From Hemiscyllium ocellatum (lineage: Eukaryota): a stretch of 64,000 nucleotides of DNA. The stretch covers positions 50,163,931-50,227,930 of the forward strand of contig NC_083420.1 of assembly GCF_020745735.1 (NCBI RefSeq), in the 5' to 3' direction. The notes beneath the pieces were generated by a model. It had not been told where the DNA came from. It ran no database searches and saw only the letters and a list, made by a program, of their open reading frames with translations. This document shows, piece by piece, positions 13,916 through 26,817 of this stretch; the stretch's first letter is position 1, and every line of letters starts with the position of its first letter. The translations under genes were made by a program, and so were the position numbers.

Positions 13916-14667
13916 AAGTTATCTGATGAAGATTTAAGAACCCTATGGAAGAAACCCTCTTTACAATCCTCAGCCAGAAAGAATAATCAGTGAATGGTGA
14001 AAGCATTTCAGACCTGGTGAAAGAATGTGTGGCAACAGGAGGGTTAACAACTCTCTGGAGAAGATAAACTAAAACTCCAAATGAGACACAGACTACATTG
14101 AAAAACAGTAGTCTGTGGCAGCAATCCTGAGTGAGAGTTCAATGATGAACAGTCATTGGAAAATTGGGAGTATAACTGAAAATCCTTGGTGAGCCACGGA
14201 ATCCAGACTCGAAAAGTAAGAAATGTAAAAATTACTCGCAGCTCAGATTATGCATTGGCATGTAGCAAGCAGGCACCACAAGGCATGGTTATGGAAATCC
14301 AAGCAAAAGGTCGCAAATAAATATGAAATAGAGATAGCAGATCCAGTGGCATCACAAAGCCAGTCATGAAAGCAATAACACTGAGCAAATTAAAAGCCAA
14401 GGCAAATTTGGTCCTGTCAGTAAAGACAGTTTGAAGAACTTTATTTAGGCTTTGGAAAGTGTGGGAGATCCTTCAAATCAGCGATAAAGAGCAGTGAGGA
14501 AATGTGACAATCCTTTAAATAAACAATTAGGTGTGGGAATCATTCAGTAGAATCATGATTAAAACAGGAATAATTTATTCAAGTTGCAGACACTGAAGCC
14601 ATGAAAAAAAGTGAGAATTCTCCATTGTACTTGCGAAGTTTGGGAAGCCTCCACTAAGAAAATAAGA

Positions 14668-15410
14668 AGTATTGGCATGACTAGGGCAGTTGGCTCGCAC
14701 AAACCTGCATAGCCATTCAGCAAGATCATGTCTGCCCCATGACTCAATTCTTCTTTCGTGCCAGCTCATTATTGTCTCCAACTACCTAAATTTTAAAAAT
14801 CTATTCTGCATTCTCTTTAAATGCTTTCAGTGATCTAGACACCTTAACTTTGTAAAGATATCCCAGCATTCACTACCCTCTGGGAGAAGAAATTTCTTCA
14901 CATTTCAGTTTTGAATGAGTGTCACCTTCTTCTGTAACTACATCCACTAATTTGAGATCCTACAAAAGTGGAAATAAGTGCACCATGTGGTGATCTGGGT
15001 AAACCTATGCATGAAGGAAAACCATTAGCATGCAAGCACAACAAATAATTAAGAAAGCAAATGGAATTTTGGATTTTATTGCTAAGGGTCAGTGTTTAAA
15101 ACAATGAAGTCTTGTTAAAACTGTACAGTACCTCAACTCCTATCTTGTGCAATGACAGAAATAAGCATGCATGAATTACTGTCACATCACGTTAATATTC
15201 TAAGATTGTTGGCGAGGCCACATCTGAAGTACTGTATTTAAAGAAAGGACATGCTAGCATTGGAGGCTATTCAAAAGGGATTCATTAGGCCGATTCCTGG
15301 GATGAAGAGGTTCATTTATCAAGAATGACTAAACGGGTTTAGGCCATTATTCGTTAGAATTTAGAAGAATGAGTGGTGATATTATTTAAACATACAGATT
15401 CTGAGAGGAC
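14668..15410. mobile_element. Two old CR1 fragments (minus about 14668-14975, plus about 15000-15410)
   Basis: Degenerate CR1 C-terminal motifs such as IKKANGILDFIAK, LLKLY...RPHLKYC and RFIRPIPGMK. Confidence 0.6.
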
Positions 15411-15411
15411 T

Positions 15412-16135
15412 TAGAGTCATAGTCATAAAGTCACACAGGTGTACAGCATGGAAACAAACCCTTCGGTCCAACTCGTCCATGCTGACCAGATATCCCAACC
15501 CAATCTGGTCTCACTTACCAGTACTTGGCCCATATCCCTCCAAACCCTTCCTATTAATATAACCATCCAGATGACTTTTAAATGTTGCAATTGTACTAGC
15601 CTCCATCACTTCTTCTGGCAGCTCATTTCATATACGCACCACCCTCTGCGTGAAAAAGTTGCACCTTATATCTTTCCCCTCTCACCCTAAACCTGAGCCC
15701 TCTAGTTCTGGACTCCCCCAGCCCAGGGAAAAGACTCTATTTATACTATCCATGCAGCTCATGATTTTGTAAACCTCTATAAGGTCACCCCTCAGCCTCC
15801 GATGTTCCTGGGAAAACAGTCCCAACCTATTCAACCTCTCCCTACAGCTCAGATCCTCCAACCCTGGCAACATCCTTGTAGATCTTTTCTGAACCCTTTC
15901 AAATTTCACAACATCTTTTCGATAGGAAAGAGATCAGAACTGCATGCAATATTCCAACAGTGGCCTAACCAATGTCCTGTACTGCCGCAACATGGCTTCC
16001 CAACTCCTGTACTCAATACTCTGACCAATAAACGAAAGCATACTAAACGCCCTCTTCACTATCCTATCTATCTGTGACTCCACTTTCAAGGAGCTATGAA
16101 CCTGCACTCTAAGATCTCTTTGTTCAGCAACACCA
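15412..16135 (-). mobile_element. CR1 LINE 3' end with microsatellite tail
   Basis: ORFs 15682-15909 (ERVQKRSTRMLPGLEDLS...RRLRGDLIEVYK) and 15934-16152; (TGACTA/TGACTC)n tail at the left end. Confidence 0.9.
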
Positions 16136-16171
16136 TTAACTCCATTTGCCAAGTGTTTTGTCTAGTCACTC

Positions 16172-16255
16172 AACAAAGGGCTTATGCTCGAAACGTCGAA
16201 TTCTCTATTCCTGAGATGCTGCCTAACCTGCTGTGCTTTGACCAGCAACACATTT
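16172..16255 (+). mobile_element. Short PLE pLTR fragment (3' half of hammerhead)
   Basis: AAGGGCTTATGCTCGAAACGTCGAATTC...GATGCTGCCTAACCTGCTGTGCT; the CTGATGA core is missing. Confidence 0.6.
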
Positions 16256-19200
16256 GCAACTTATCTATATACCCTTGCAGATTTCTTCTGTCCTCATCGC
16301 AACATGTCCTCTACCCTTTTTTGTAATGTCAGAAAATTTAGATACATTACAGTCTGCCCTCCTTCCCACATTAATATAGATCACATATAATTGAGATCTT
16401 AGGACTGATCTTTGTGGTACCCCATTAGTTATATCTTTCTAAGCAGGAAAACACCCCTTTCTGTCTTCTGTGTTAACCAATCTTCAATCCATGCTAATAC
16501 TTTATTCCCAGTACCTCAACCCCTATCTTGTGCAATGACAGGATTGAGCATGCATGAATTACTATCACATCACGTTAATGTTCTAAGCAATCAATACATT
16601 AATCTCTATCAGAATCTCTGGTGCCTTGGTGTTGCACTTTTGTTGGAAATGCAAATTATTCAGACCAACAGCTGACTTCTATTCTAAATAAACACATCTT
16701 AAAATTACTGTAATCAATGTCATGCCTTCAGCTTAAAAAAAATTGAAAAACTTGGCCAACAGGAAATACATTTTATGGTAAATCGTGACAAATGATTTCT
16801 TCACCCTTAACAAGACAAATATCAATTTAAACATGTAACAAAACATAGGGCTGAACCTTATGGGGGAGGATACTGTTCAACAATCCCAAAAGAAAGTTGA
16901 TACCACACTGACTGATCTTCAATAAGACTACTCTGCCGTGAAACCTCACTGTGGGAAGCTGTGAGCAGGTCAAGGTCAGCCTTTGGCCACTCAGTGGGAG
17001 AAATTCCTACCCATGAGAGCTGCCAGCCAGAGTGCCAACCCTTCAGTCTTGATCTTTAATTCCTGGAGACCCCAGGGAAATGTTCAGTGCTACTTTGGAG
17101 AACATCATTTTAAAAGATCTTTCTTGTTGTTTTCTTTGAATGTGTTTTTACCTGATATAAAATATTGAAAGTTTGCAAAAAAAATCTGTTTGGCTGACAG
17201 TCAATCACCATTCAGTTCAGTCATGAGTCTTTCTGCTTTCCAGTCGGTGTCGGATAGCAGTATGTCACAAGGATGGATGTGCAGACTGTCTAATGACTGG
17301 AATGTTGAGGTGGGTCATGTGATGAGACCTCCATGAGTAGATTTAATCACATTTGGCAACTAGAGATCCAGCAATCATGACAGTGGTAAGTAGTGAACAC
17401 TGCCAGAACTTAAAGGTGGCTACAGGAAGAGGAGCAATGAATCACTGACTAAGGTAAGTCATGTGCTTTCAGGGCAAGAAGGGACTATGGAGCATAGGAA
17501 GGGCAGAGAGATGGTTATAGTGGCTGCGAGCTTTGAAGGACAGACAAAAAGGAACAAAGTTGAGGATGGGCAGTATTTGGGGGGTGGTGCCCCAGATGTT
17601 GAAAGAGACTCCCATGAAAGGTACAACCCCCTTCCTTGTCACTTCCTATAATAAAATGAATCATTCTTGTTTGCCCAAACCAACTACTTATGGTGTGGGC
17701 AGAACATTATTTGGGTGAATTGTCTTGTCAACAGATCAATTACTGATCAAGCATTTTTTAAAAAAAGGACGCCGTTGGTCCCTACCTGCAGTTCATATTA
17801 AAAGGGGGAGGGGGGGGGGCGACTACTTGTCACAAGTTATTCTCACACCCAACTGAAAACATTCCTGTCAAACACATTGCTAAACCTAACACATAGAATT
17901 TAATTCTATCAATATAACCTTCTACTCAATCCTCCTTCATGTAATTATCTAGCTTCGCCTCAAAAACATCTGTGCTATTTATCTCAACGACTCAATACTA
18001 TAATGAATTTCACAGACTCACTACTGTCTGGGTTAAAACATTTCTCCTGAATTTCTTACTGGATTTACTGATGACTATCTCACATTTATGACCACTAATT
18101 TTGTACTTGACCAGAAGTGGAAACATATTTTAGGTTTCCATCGTATTTGAATCCCTTCATGATTTTAATGACCTCTATCAGGTGACTTCTCAAATTCCCT
18201 TTTCTCGAGAAAATATTACCTAATGTGTTTAGCCCAAACCTAAAAATAAATGTAGCAAAAAGTCATTCTCCTTCACATTTTATAGCTCGTACACATAAAC
18301 ATGCAATTTTCCACTTTGTTACATTCCCTGGACACCTCAGGGTATAGCTAAAGGCACTTGTGTAGAGGACACAGGCAGGACCCTGACTTCCACTCAGTGA
18401 GATTAATGGAGCCAGCATTATTTGTTTTCCCTTCTCTAGGGCTCTCCCATATTTGCTGCTGTCCTTTGGAGGTTAGAATTAAATTACAGACACAACCATG
18501 GTACTATAACTTCAGGCAATAGGAAATTCTATATAGGTATGTTGATCTGGTGAGTGATACTGCAACATCAATGCCATAGCAAAAAGCAAGTCCCTCAGAT
18601 ATGATCAATTTGCATAACCTAGTTGGGACAATAGGAGTAGGTTAGACTTAGAAACAAGCCACAATTTGCATACCTTTCTTCAGTGATTCTTATGAGAACT
18701 AACTTGGTGTTGGGAACAACTTGCTATATATTTTGTCTACGATCTGGGAGCCAAGATGAGACACCTACTAGACAGTGGCAAGTTTCCTATTAAGTGGGAT
18801 TATGCTTGGTAGCAATTTCATTCACTGTCGGTCTTGCTTCATTGTTGTACCAACCACTGTGCGCAAGCTAAACACTGAGAATTCTCAACATGGAAATCAG
18901 CGCAGGTGCCTAATTTTGCCTCCATGTTGCTCACCACTCAACAGCATTTCAAGGCATTGTCCATGGGCACAAGCTTCATACACCCCTAATCAATGAACAT
19001 TGGCATCTGATAATTGCCAACTCCTCAGAATCCTCATGGCATCTCTCCAATCCACTGGCTGAACATTTAAAAAGTGAAGACCTGCATTTCAGGGTGCACA
19101 GCAACTAACACTGAAAGGTTGCTGTAAAGTCACTTTACCATGTATGTTCAGGCACCAAGCTCATGGATTGGACTGGGCGGCAATTTAGAGCTGCCCACTT

Positions 19201-22200
19201 TGTTTTTTAGCATTCACTCAGGTAGAACCTACCTGGATATTCACAGCATTCCTATCTTTTCTTGAATTGCTTTGCCTATTATCTCGGTTCCATGACCAGG
19301 CAGCTTGTCTTGCTGGTCAGCAATCTTCATTGAAAGTGGTGAACATCTTGATGTATAGCACTGTACTAAGTCAGTCTTACACCTGCATCAAGTACCAGCA
19401 GTTTTCACAACAAACCCACTGTATGTGCAGTAGGCAAGTAGTCATGTCTCAAGATCTTAAGGAATCAGCCCTCACCAAAGTCCATGGAGGCATCCATCAG
19501 TCAGGTGTCCTGCCACAGTTAGTGAAGGGTAGCTTCCAATACCAGTCCAGGAGATTCCACATAGTCAGTTTTATGGTTGTGGTGTTGTCTATCAGGGAAC
19601 CTGTGCCTCAGCACAGGAGTGGATCACAGTAAGGTCCTGTGGCTCCATAGTGACTAATGTGGAGGCTACGGTTAATGTAGTTAGGGAGATATACAAGTTA
19701 GGGGTCTAGTCATTTCCTATCTGACATTGGTTGAGTTGTTCAAGGGCATCAGCCACAATCAATCTAGGGTCTATCCAGAGAAACTAAGGGCAAAGGTGGG
19801 TGGTGAGATAGGGGTGCTAGCATCATGAGAAGTGTACTCTGGATGGATAAACTGGAATTACATTTTATGGTTACCATGAAATCATTGTCAATGGTCGTGA
19901 AAATTCATTTTGTTCATTCATGGCCTTCAGGAAAAGAAATCCATCATCCTCAACTGGTCTTGCCTATATGTGATTCCAGACCCACAGAAATGTGGTTAAC
20001 TCTTAACTGCCCTCTGAAATGGCCCAGCAAACCATTCAGTTGAAGTACAACCAGGCAGCAACACCTACATCCTGTGAATTAAATTTAAAAAAGAATCAGG
20101 CAGTAAACTGGGAGGAAGTGGGAATAACAATTGTGTAGGGAGGCAACTGTATTTGTAAGGAACAGTAAAGGTGCAGCCTAGATGGGAATAGGACCATGCG
20201 GAAGGGAAGTTCTTCCACATTCAGGAGCATCTTGTCTTTAAGGTGGGGAAGTAAATGACCACACCTTGCACAGTCACCTTATATTCCAGAGGCTGGGGGA
20301 AGTAAGGTGAACAGGCGCAGGCTCATATAAATGGGTTGGTTAGGGAACTTGGGAGAATTGTAGCATATGGTGTTCACAGGAAGGGCTGTCAGGAGGGGGA
20401 TCTGGACATTCTGTGCCTCACTGACATGTAGAGGCAGAGACTGGAAACAACCAACCATACCTGGAGTGAGTAGAGTATGTGTCTTGAGCTGCAAAGGAGG
20501 GGATCTGCAAGACCAACCAATTTGAGGCCCTTTTAGAAGAAAGAACATTTCATACGGTCCCTTGCATTGTACAGCACGTAGCCCCAAGCCCTGACAAACT
20601 TAACGGTCCCTGTGTGTGCTGTACATATCAATGTCCCAGACATTGTTGATCACTTTGTTCAATACCAACACTTTTGCACAAAGGGAAACAACAGGGATGT
20701 TTGTCCAAGGGACGATGCCAACAGAACCCATTATACATCCCCTGTACCACTTGCTTCCATGTATCACAACAGGCTCTCAACACAGACATCACTCCATGGT
20801 ACATCCTGAATGGACATGCTATTATATATTTTGGTGGCATAGTTACATTCAGGACTAGACAAAGTCTCAAACAAACAGATATAGTGCAAAACCATTAGCA
20901 TTTATCAAGCCATGAACATCAATATACAGTGCAATGTCACCTGGATTGCCAATTTGCCCTCAAAAGATTATCTTTCCTCTTCCCCTCTTTCTAGATCTCT
21001 GTGTAGTTGCAGGTTCTACAGTCAGGGGGTGATGGTTGGGAACCCACTTGGCAATGGAGGTCACTGGCCTTAGAGGTTTAGTCAGGTGATTTGAGGTCAT
21101 TTTTGTCTGGACAGCACAGGCATGCTAAGGGTCTCCTATCCAAAGACAAATTGACCCTCCTCAGCTTTAATTTCCAAAGGACAGAGTGAGTCAGCAGGGT
21201 GGAGATGAAGAACCTAGCCATCTCTGGAGTAACATGATAGGAGATTTCTGAGGGGCCTGTATGTGGATCCTCCTCCAATTAGATGTCTTCTAGTATTGCA
21301 CTGTCTCCTTGTAAGGATGGAATGCAATTCAATGTACCAATCCAGCAGGCCACGAGAGTACTGGACCTGGTTCTCCATTGTCATTGTCTAATTTGTCATT
21401 GGAAGAAGCCACACGATCTCATGCTCGAGAAAGCTGGATCCCGATTGCATACCTGCAGTCACACACCTTCTAAGCTACAAGAATCACTCCTATCTCACAG
21501 ACCTATTTGCTGTTCATGTGCCTCCCTGTGCATGTGGGCAAAATCCTTGATTCCTGACACCTTAGGGTTCTGTCCTGCCTGGGGCTGAGCAGGTGGCTGT
21601 ATCCAGTTGCCCTCTAAATGCCAGCAGCCTGGTATCTTTATTCCTGGGCCAGCTCCAGAAATGTTGCAGTGAGACGCCTATGAGCTTGTACTTCCAAACA
21701 AGCTAAACTCGTTGTTCCCATTGTGTGATCAGTATCTGAGGTGGTGTGGGTACAGGAGGCAGCCTTATCAATCCATCTTCTCAGGCCTTGGAACTGTCTT
21801 CCTCAAAAGTTGAGGAGGTGCCTTATAGAGGAGCAGCTCATTTCTCCACTAGAACCATGAACATCCTGCAAGAAATGGGAGAGAGAAGATATCATGGCCA
21901 ATGTTTAGAAGTGATATGTGATGAATGATACTGACAACGAAGTTTATGGGAATGTTGCAATGGAATGCAGTGATACTTGTTTGGTTTGGGAAACATGAAT
22001 GTTTTGGCATTACTGCAGGGACAGTCTCAGTTTCCTCCTACAAGGGGTAGGATTTTTCATCATAGTGAGTAAGGAGCCAATGTCAGGCACCCCTCCATCT
22101 GCCTTGGCACTTACTGCTGTGTTATGGGATAATTTCTCCTGCAATTGGAGAAAGGGAGAGTTTGAGTTAGTGATAGTGGCTGACATAGCTGGTAGCGTTA

Positions 22201-22399
22201 GTCAAAAATTGGTGAAGTGTCCTAGGCAAATCAGTGAGAGGTCATGCAGGTTTTATGGTGTGGGGGACAGGGGGAATGAGAGTGAGTGAGGGATGGTGCA
22301 ACTTTCAACAGTGAGGGTGGCAGAACATGATCCTTGGTGGCAGGTGCATGCAGTGGTCAAGACAGAGTGACTGTGAAGTAACAAAGAGTGCAGTGGAGC

Positions 22400-22605
22400 A
22401 GAGAAGGAAGGAAGACTTTCTTGTGGCACTGCTGGCCACTCTTCTGGAATTGTAAGAACAGTACTCACTTAGGTGACGACCTTGGAACGGGCTGTCAGGG
22501 TTTGGTGGTGAGGCTTTCTCTGTCAGTTTTCCAGGAAGAGGACAGTTCTCCTCTGGACCACATCATTCTCCAGGGTCTCCAGGTCTATGTCAGAGAATTG
22601 CTTCT
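22400..22605 (-). pseudogene. Myb/SANT-like DNA-binding domain relic of a Harbinger-type transposon
   Basis: My translation: QFSDIDLETLENDVVQRRTVLFLEN*QRKPHHQTLTARSKVVT*VSTV...(shift)KSGQQCHKKV; two stops and one frameshift. Confidence 0.55.
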
Positions 22606-25600
22606 ATAACATGTTCGGAATAACAGTTGTTTATCAAGAAGGGCAGCTTTGGAATGGCAGTGCTTGGCTGGGTGCACATTGGCCTTTTAAAAATAGTGCA
22701 GGATGCTGGTCTGCAGATATCCAGTGAATGCCAAGTTCTTCTGGGAATGATGAATTGTAGAATGGGGTAAGAATCGGGCAAGGAGGAAAGGGGAACCATA
22801 GGGGATAGAACCTGAGGCCTTCCTGATTTAACTAACAGGCTTTTAAACATTTAGTACAACATCTTTGATAAATACAGGTATAAGACTTGTGAATGGCTTG
22901 TGATTTTCATTACGCTTAGATGTTCCTTTATGTCATAGGAGAGATTAATTGAAGTGACAATGATGCACACAATATGATGCAAATGTACAATGTAACACAA
23001 TTCTTATTTATTTACTGAAGCATAGATAAAAACACATTCAAAGCTAAATTTTTTCAATACATACTGTCAAAGATGTTTACAATATGAACTGTTGGCTTGC
23101 TGACCATGCAATGTATTTTGGCAATAACATGTGAATGAGCAGGTAGACAAGACATGTTCAAACCACTTCCACTGATTATAACTGTGTGAAAGTCATGCAC
23201 ATTTTACTATTGACTTTTCTGCTAAGCTAGTATATGTGATATTGTAGAAAATTAAAAGCATATATCTTAAATGCTACAAAATAAATCAAACCATTAGTGG
23301 ACCAGAATAACTTAAGGAATAACTGAAATGAAAATAAGGGTACATTTCAGTTAACAATAATGTTTATTTTCAATATCATTTATTTATATCCTAAACATTG
23401 ATTGCTAATGAACAAATTTTGTGCATTAGTGTTAATACAAAGAATCCAGAAAATTGAGTCTCAAAAACATGAAATAATTGTATGGCAGATTTCTAAGAGC
23501 ATTGCAATAAAATGAAGCAAAGCTAACTCTTTGAAACTATGGCAGAAAAAAAAATATAAATAGGCAACACAATAAAATGTTAAAGTATGCACTTCCTTAA
23601 GGGTTTAACACTTTGACCTGGTCCTCAGCCATAAGAGGATATTATAAGTTTGCCTATTCTGAAACTGCAGGATGAGAGTTTCTAGTTCAAAGAACTTCCA
23701 GAGAAAAAAAACTTAAGTCCATATAAAGAAAGATTTTTCAGAGTGTCTCTGGTTCATATCCTCTGATCATCCCTTTCCATGTTAGGACTTTTGAGGAACA
23801 ATTAGTTGGAAATTCCTGAATAATCTGAATTGATTTTTGTAGAACTTCAAAAGATGTCCAGGTGTTTTTTGCTCACTTCATATTTAATTTTTCCTTTATA
23901 TAAAGATATATATGACCCTCTCACTGTTCACATAGCCATTTCCACCCCTCATTCACCTAGCCCCGTTACCTCACTTATACTTACACATGCTATGTTGAAA
24001 GCCTGATACTACTTTTCTTCCAGTGCTGTGAAACTGACCACTGGAAACCATTAATCAAATAATCGAAATCCAATGCAAACACATGAGATCTGTATGAGAG
24101 GGATTAATCACATATCAGATTGTCCAAACAACCTCCTGGACTGGTTTTGAGTACCTGAATGGAATTTCTTGAGTACTGTCTCCACTGGCCTTAGGTTTTC
24201 TCAATGTCTTTGCTTCTTCCAGGAAATCGCACAGGTATACAGGAGGTTGGTGCTGGTGATGGTCATGAGTGGATGGGTCGAGTGGAGTGATAGCGGGTCT
24301 GGGAATGGCAGTAAGTGTAGTCATAATATTCCAGCCAAGGGAGTGGGAAAGCTTTGATGAATCCATTATTTTTTGTCTATCATTTTCATACAATTGTGTA
24401 AGTTGTATCCCTTGGCCATTGCTAGGGACACCTGTTATGATCAAGCACATAATGTTTGCCCTGCAGAAGCTGCTACCATGTTGCAGTCACCTGGACTGGG
24501 AGGCAGGCTTTCAACTGTTCGCTGCTCACTTGCGAACTGTAAAGTAGGGATATTATGCACTTGAATTAGCTTTCAAGTAAGCTATGTAACTGCTGCCCAA
24601 CACTCTAACTGAAAATGTTGTTTAACATAAAGATAGCAGTCCTAAGTAATTGCATTTATGGAGAAATGGAAAGGAGCATACTAGCCTCACTTCCCCTAAA
24701 TAATTAACCAATGGTATATAAAAAAAATCAGCAGAGGCATCTCCAGAAAGGCATATGCTAATGTAGACTTTTGGAAGGAGAAACTGGTGTGCTCTAGGAC
24801 CCACAAATTATTTGGGCCTGCAGTTTACCCATTTTCACACCAGTTGTGGCTGACAAATTTTTTCATTGCTGAAAGGTGGTAAGCTGTAGTGAAATGCTAT
24901 TTGGCTATGATTTGGAGATGACTACAAATCATGAGTACTATCGACACCACTAACTGTCGCCTATTTGGCTAGGCAGTATGCTAGAAACCTCCTTACAGTA
25001 GAAGCTGAAAACAATTTGGGACTCCTGGTTGCTACTTTGAGTTGTTGTCATAGGCACACCATCAACATTTTGCCCAATTGGCAGATTATATTACTTTACC
25101 TGGTGATAAACCTGAATCCAAATTTTGGGGAATATATGTATTCTGTTTTCAAAAGAACAAGAACCAAGCAATGTAAATCAGAATTAATAAAACAGTTGTT
25201 GGAAATACATAGCATCTGTAAAGGTTACCACTTTTGGATGTTCACCCATCATCAAAACCCCTAATGTACTTTACTCATAAATGCAACTTATACATAGTGG
25301 AGTGATTTTTACATAGAAGAAGGTGAAACAGTCCATTTGTCTAAATTGTTTATGGAAGTAACCTTCAATCTGTTTCTCACTGATCTTCTTGAGGGAGGAT
25401 GTGTTGGTAGAAAATGGAAGAACTCCGAGTTTTCCTCAGACTTCTGAGATTTAATCATCCCATCAAATATGCAAATGGGACCCTGATTTAATATCTCAGA
25501 TCTTAGTACAGGAGTGTCAACTCAGACTGCATATTCAAGTGTAGGGCAAACTAGTCAGTCACTTATAATTATGTATCCTTACAACTTTACAATTGATGTT

Positions 25601-26373
25601 GTGACTGGACTTCCCCTTGCATGCTGGTAAAGGATTACTTTAAATGTTGTGTATGTGACACATTACAAGAAAAATCACCCAAAAGTCTGAATAAGGAAAA
25701 GTAATAACAGAGATAATGAACACTACAGTAAAATTAGTTTCCATGATCTTTTGTTGGAATTCCCAGGGCTACCCTTAAATAGCTGATCAAATACAACGGT
25801 AAATGGAATCTTAAATTAATAATGGATATCAGTGTAAACAACATATAATATACATTGCAGGAATTTTATTATGTTACAGAATAACATTGCCACTGCAATG
25901 AAAACAATAATTGGAATTTATGTCTGTTTGAATTTTTCCCACATCCCATTAGTTTCTGGTTGTATTTTTTTATACATGAAAGAATAACCTACCTATATGT
26001 GTGTTAGGAAAAATATAAAGCAGCACAAATTAAACTCTACACTGTATGCATAAATATGAGAGGCAATTAAGTTTAGAAAAAAATCAAATATATACTATGT
26101 GCTAAGATTCCTCATCCTTACTTTGTGGTTAGTTTTTAGGATATATATTGCTCTTGCAGTGTATATGCCACTGACACGGTTCAGGATAATGCAAGTGATC
26201 CGTCTTTTTGATTCCACATATAGAGCTACAACAATGGATACTGATGATCAAATGGTCAATGGGCTAAAAATAGCAGATGGAATTCAATCTGGATAAATGC
26301 AAGATATTGTATTTTGGTACAACAAACAAGGGTAGGGCTTATACAATTAATGTTAGGGCCTTGGGTAGTTTTC

Positions 26374-26594
26374 GAGGAGAAAGTGAGGTCTGCGGATGCT
26401 GGGATCAGAGCTGAAAATGTGTTGCTGGAAAAGTGCAGCAGGTCAGGCAGCATCCAAGGAGCAGGAAATTCGACGTTTCGGGCATAAGCCCTTCATCAGG
26501 AATCCTGATGAAGGGCTTATGCCCGAAACGGTGAATTTCCTGCTCCTTGGATGCTGCCTGACCTGCTGCGCTTTTCCAGCAACACATTTTCAGC
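26374..26594. mobile_element. Fold-back mini-PLE: 92-bp inverted pLTR arms plus 36-bp one-sided tail
   Basis: Arms 26410-26501 and 26503-26594 are nearly perfect reverse complements; direct repeat GCCTTGGGTAGTTTT at 26358-26372 and 26593-26607. Confidence 0.9.
26468..26503 (-). ncRNA. Minimal type I hammerhead ribozyme (best copy)
   Basis: Minus strand ATTC-CTGATGA-A-GGGC-TTAT-GCCC-GAAA-CG-TC-GAAT: 4-bp stem I, 4-bp stem II, full core, GUC site. Confidence 0.78.
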
Positions 26595-26817
26595 CTTGGG
26601 TAGTTTTGTAGAACAGAGGAACCTGGGGTTCAAGTACATAATTCTTTGAAGTTCGTGTCAAACATATATAGACAGGGTGTTTAAAAAGGCGTTTGGCACG
26701 CTTGCCTTCATTGTTCAGTCCTTTTGGGTATACGAGTTGGGAAATCAAGTTGAGGACATTGGTGCAACATCTTCTGGAACATTGTGTCCAATTCTGGTCA
26801 CTGAGTTGTAAGAAAGA

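Noticed and set aside
24115-24450. 111-aa ORF with LRKPKASGDS, possibly a LINE RT relic
   Set aside because: Similarity too weak to assign by eye.
26396-26611. Nearly identical peptides MCCWKSAAGQAASKEQEI on both strands
   Set aside because: A consequence of the DNA palindrome, not a gene pair.
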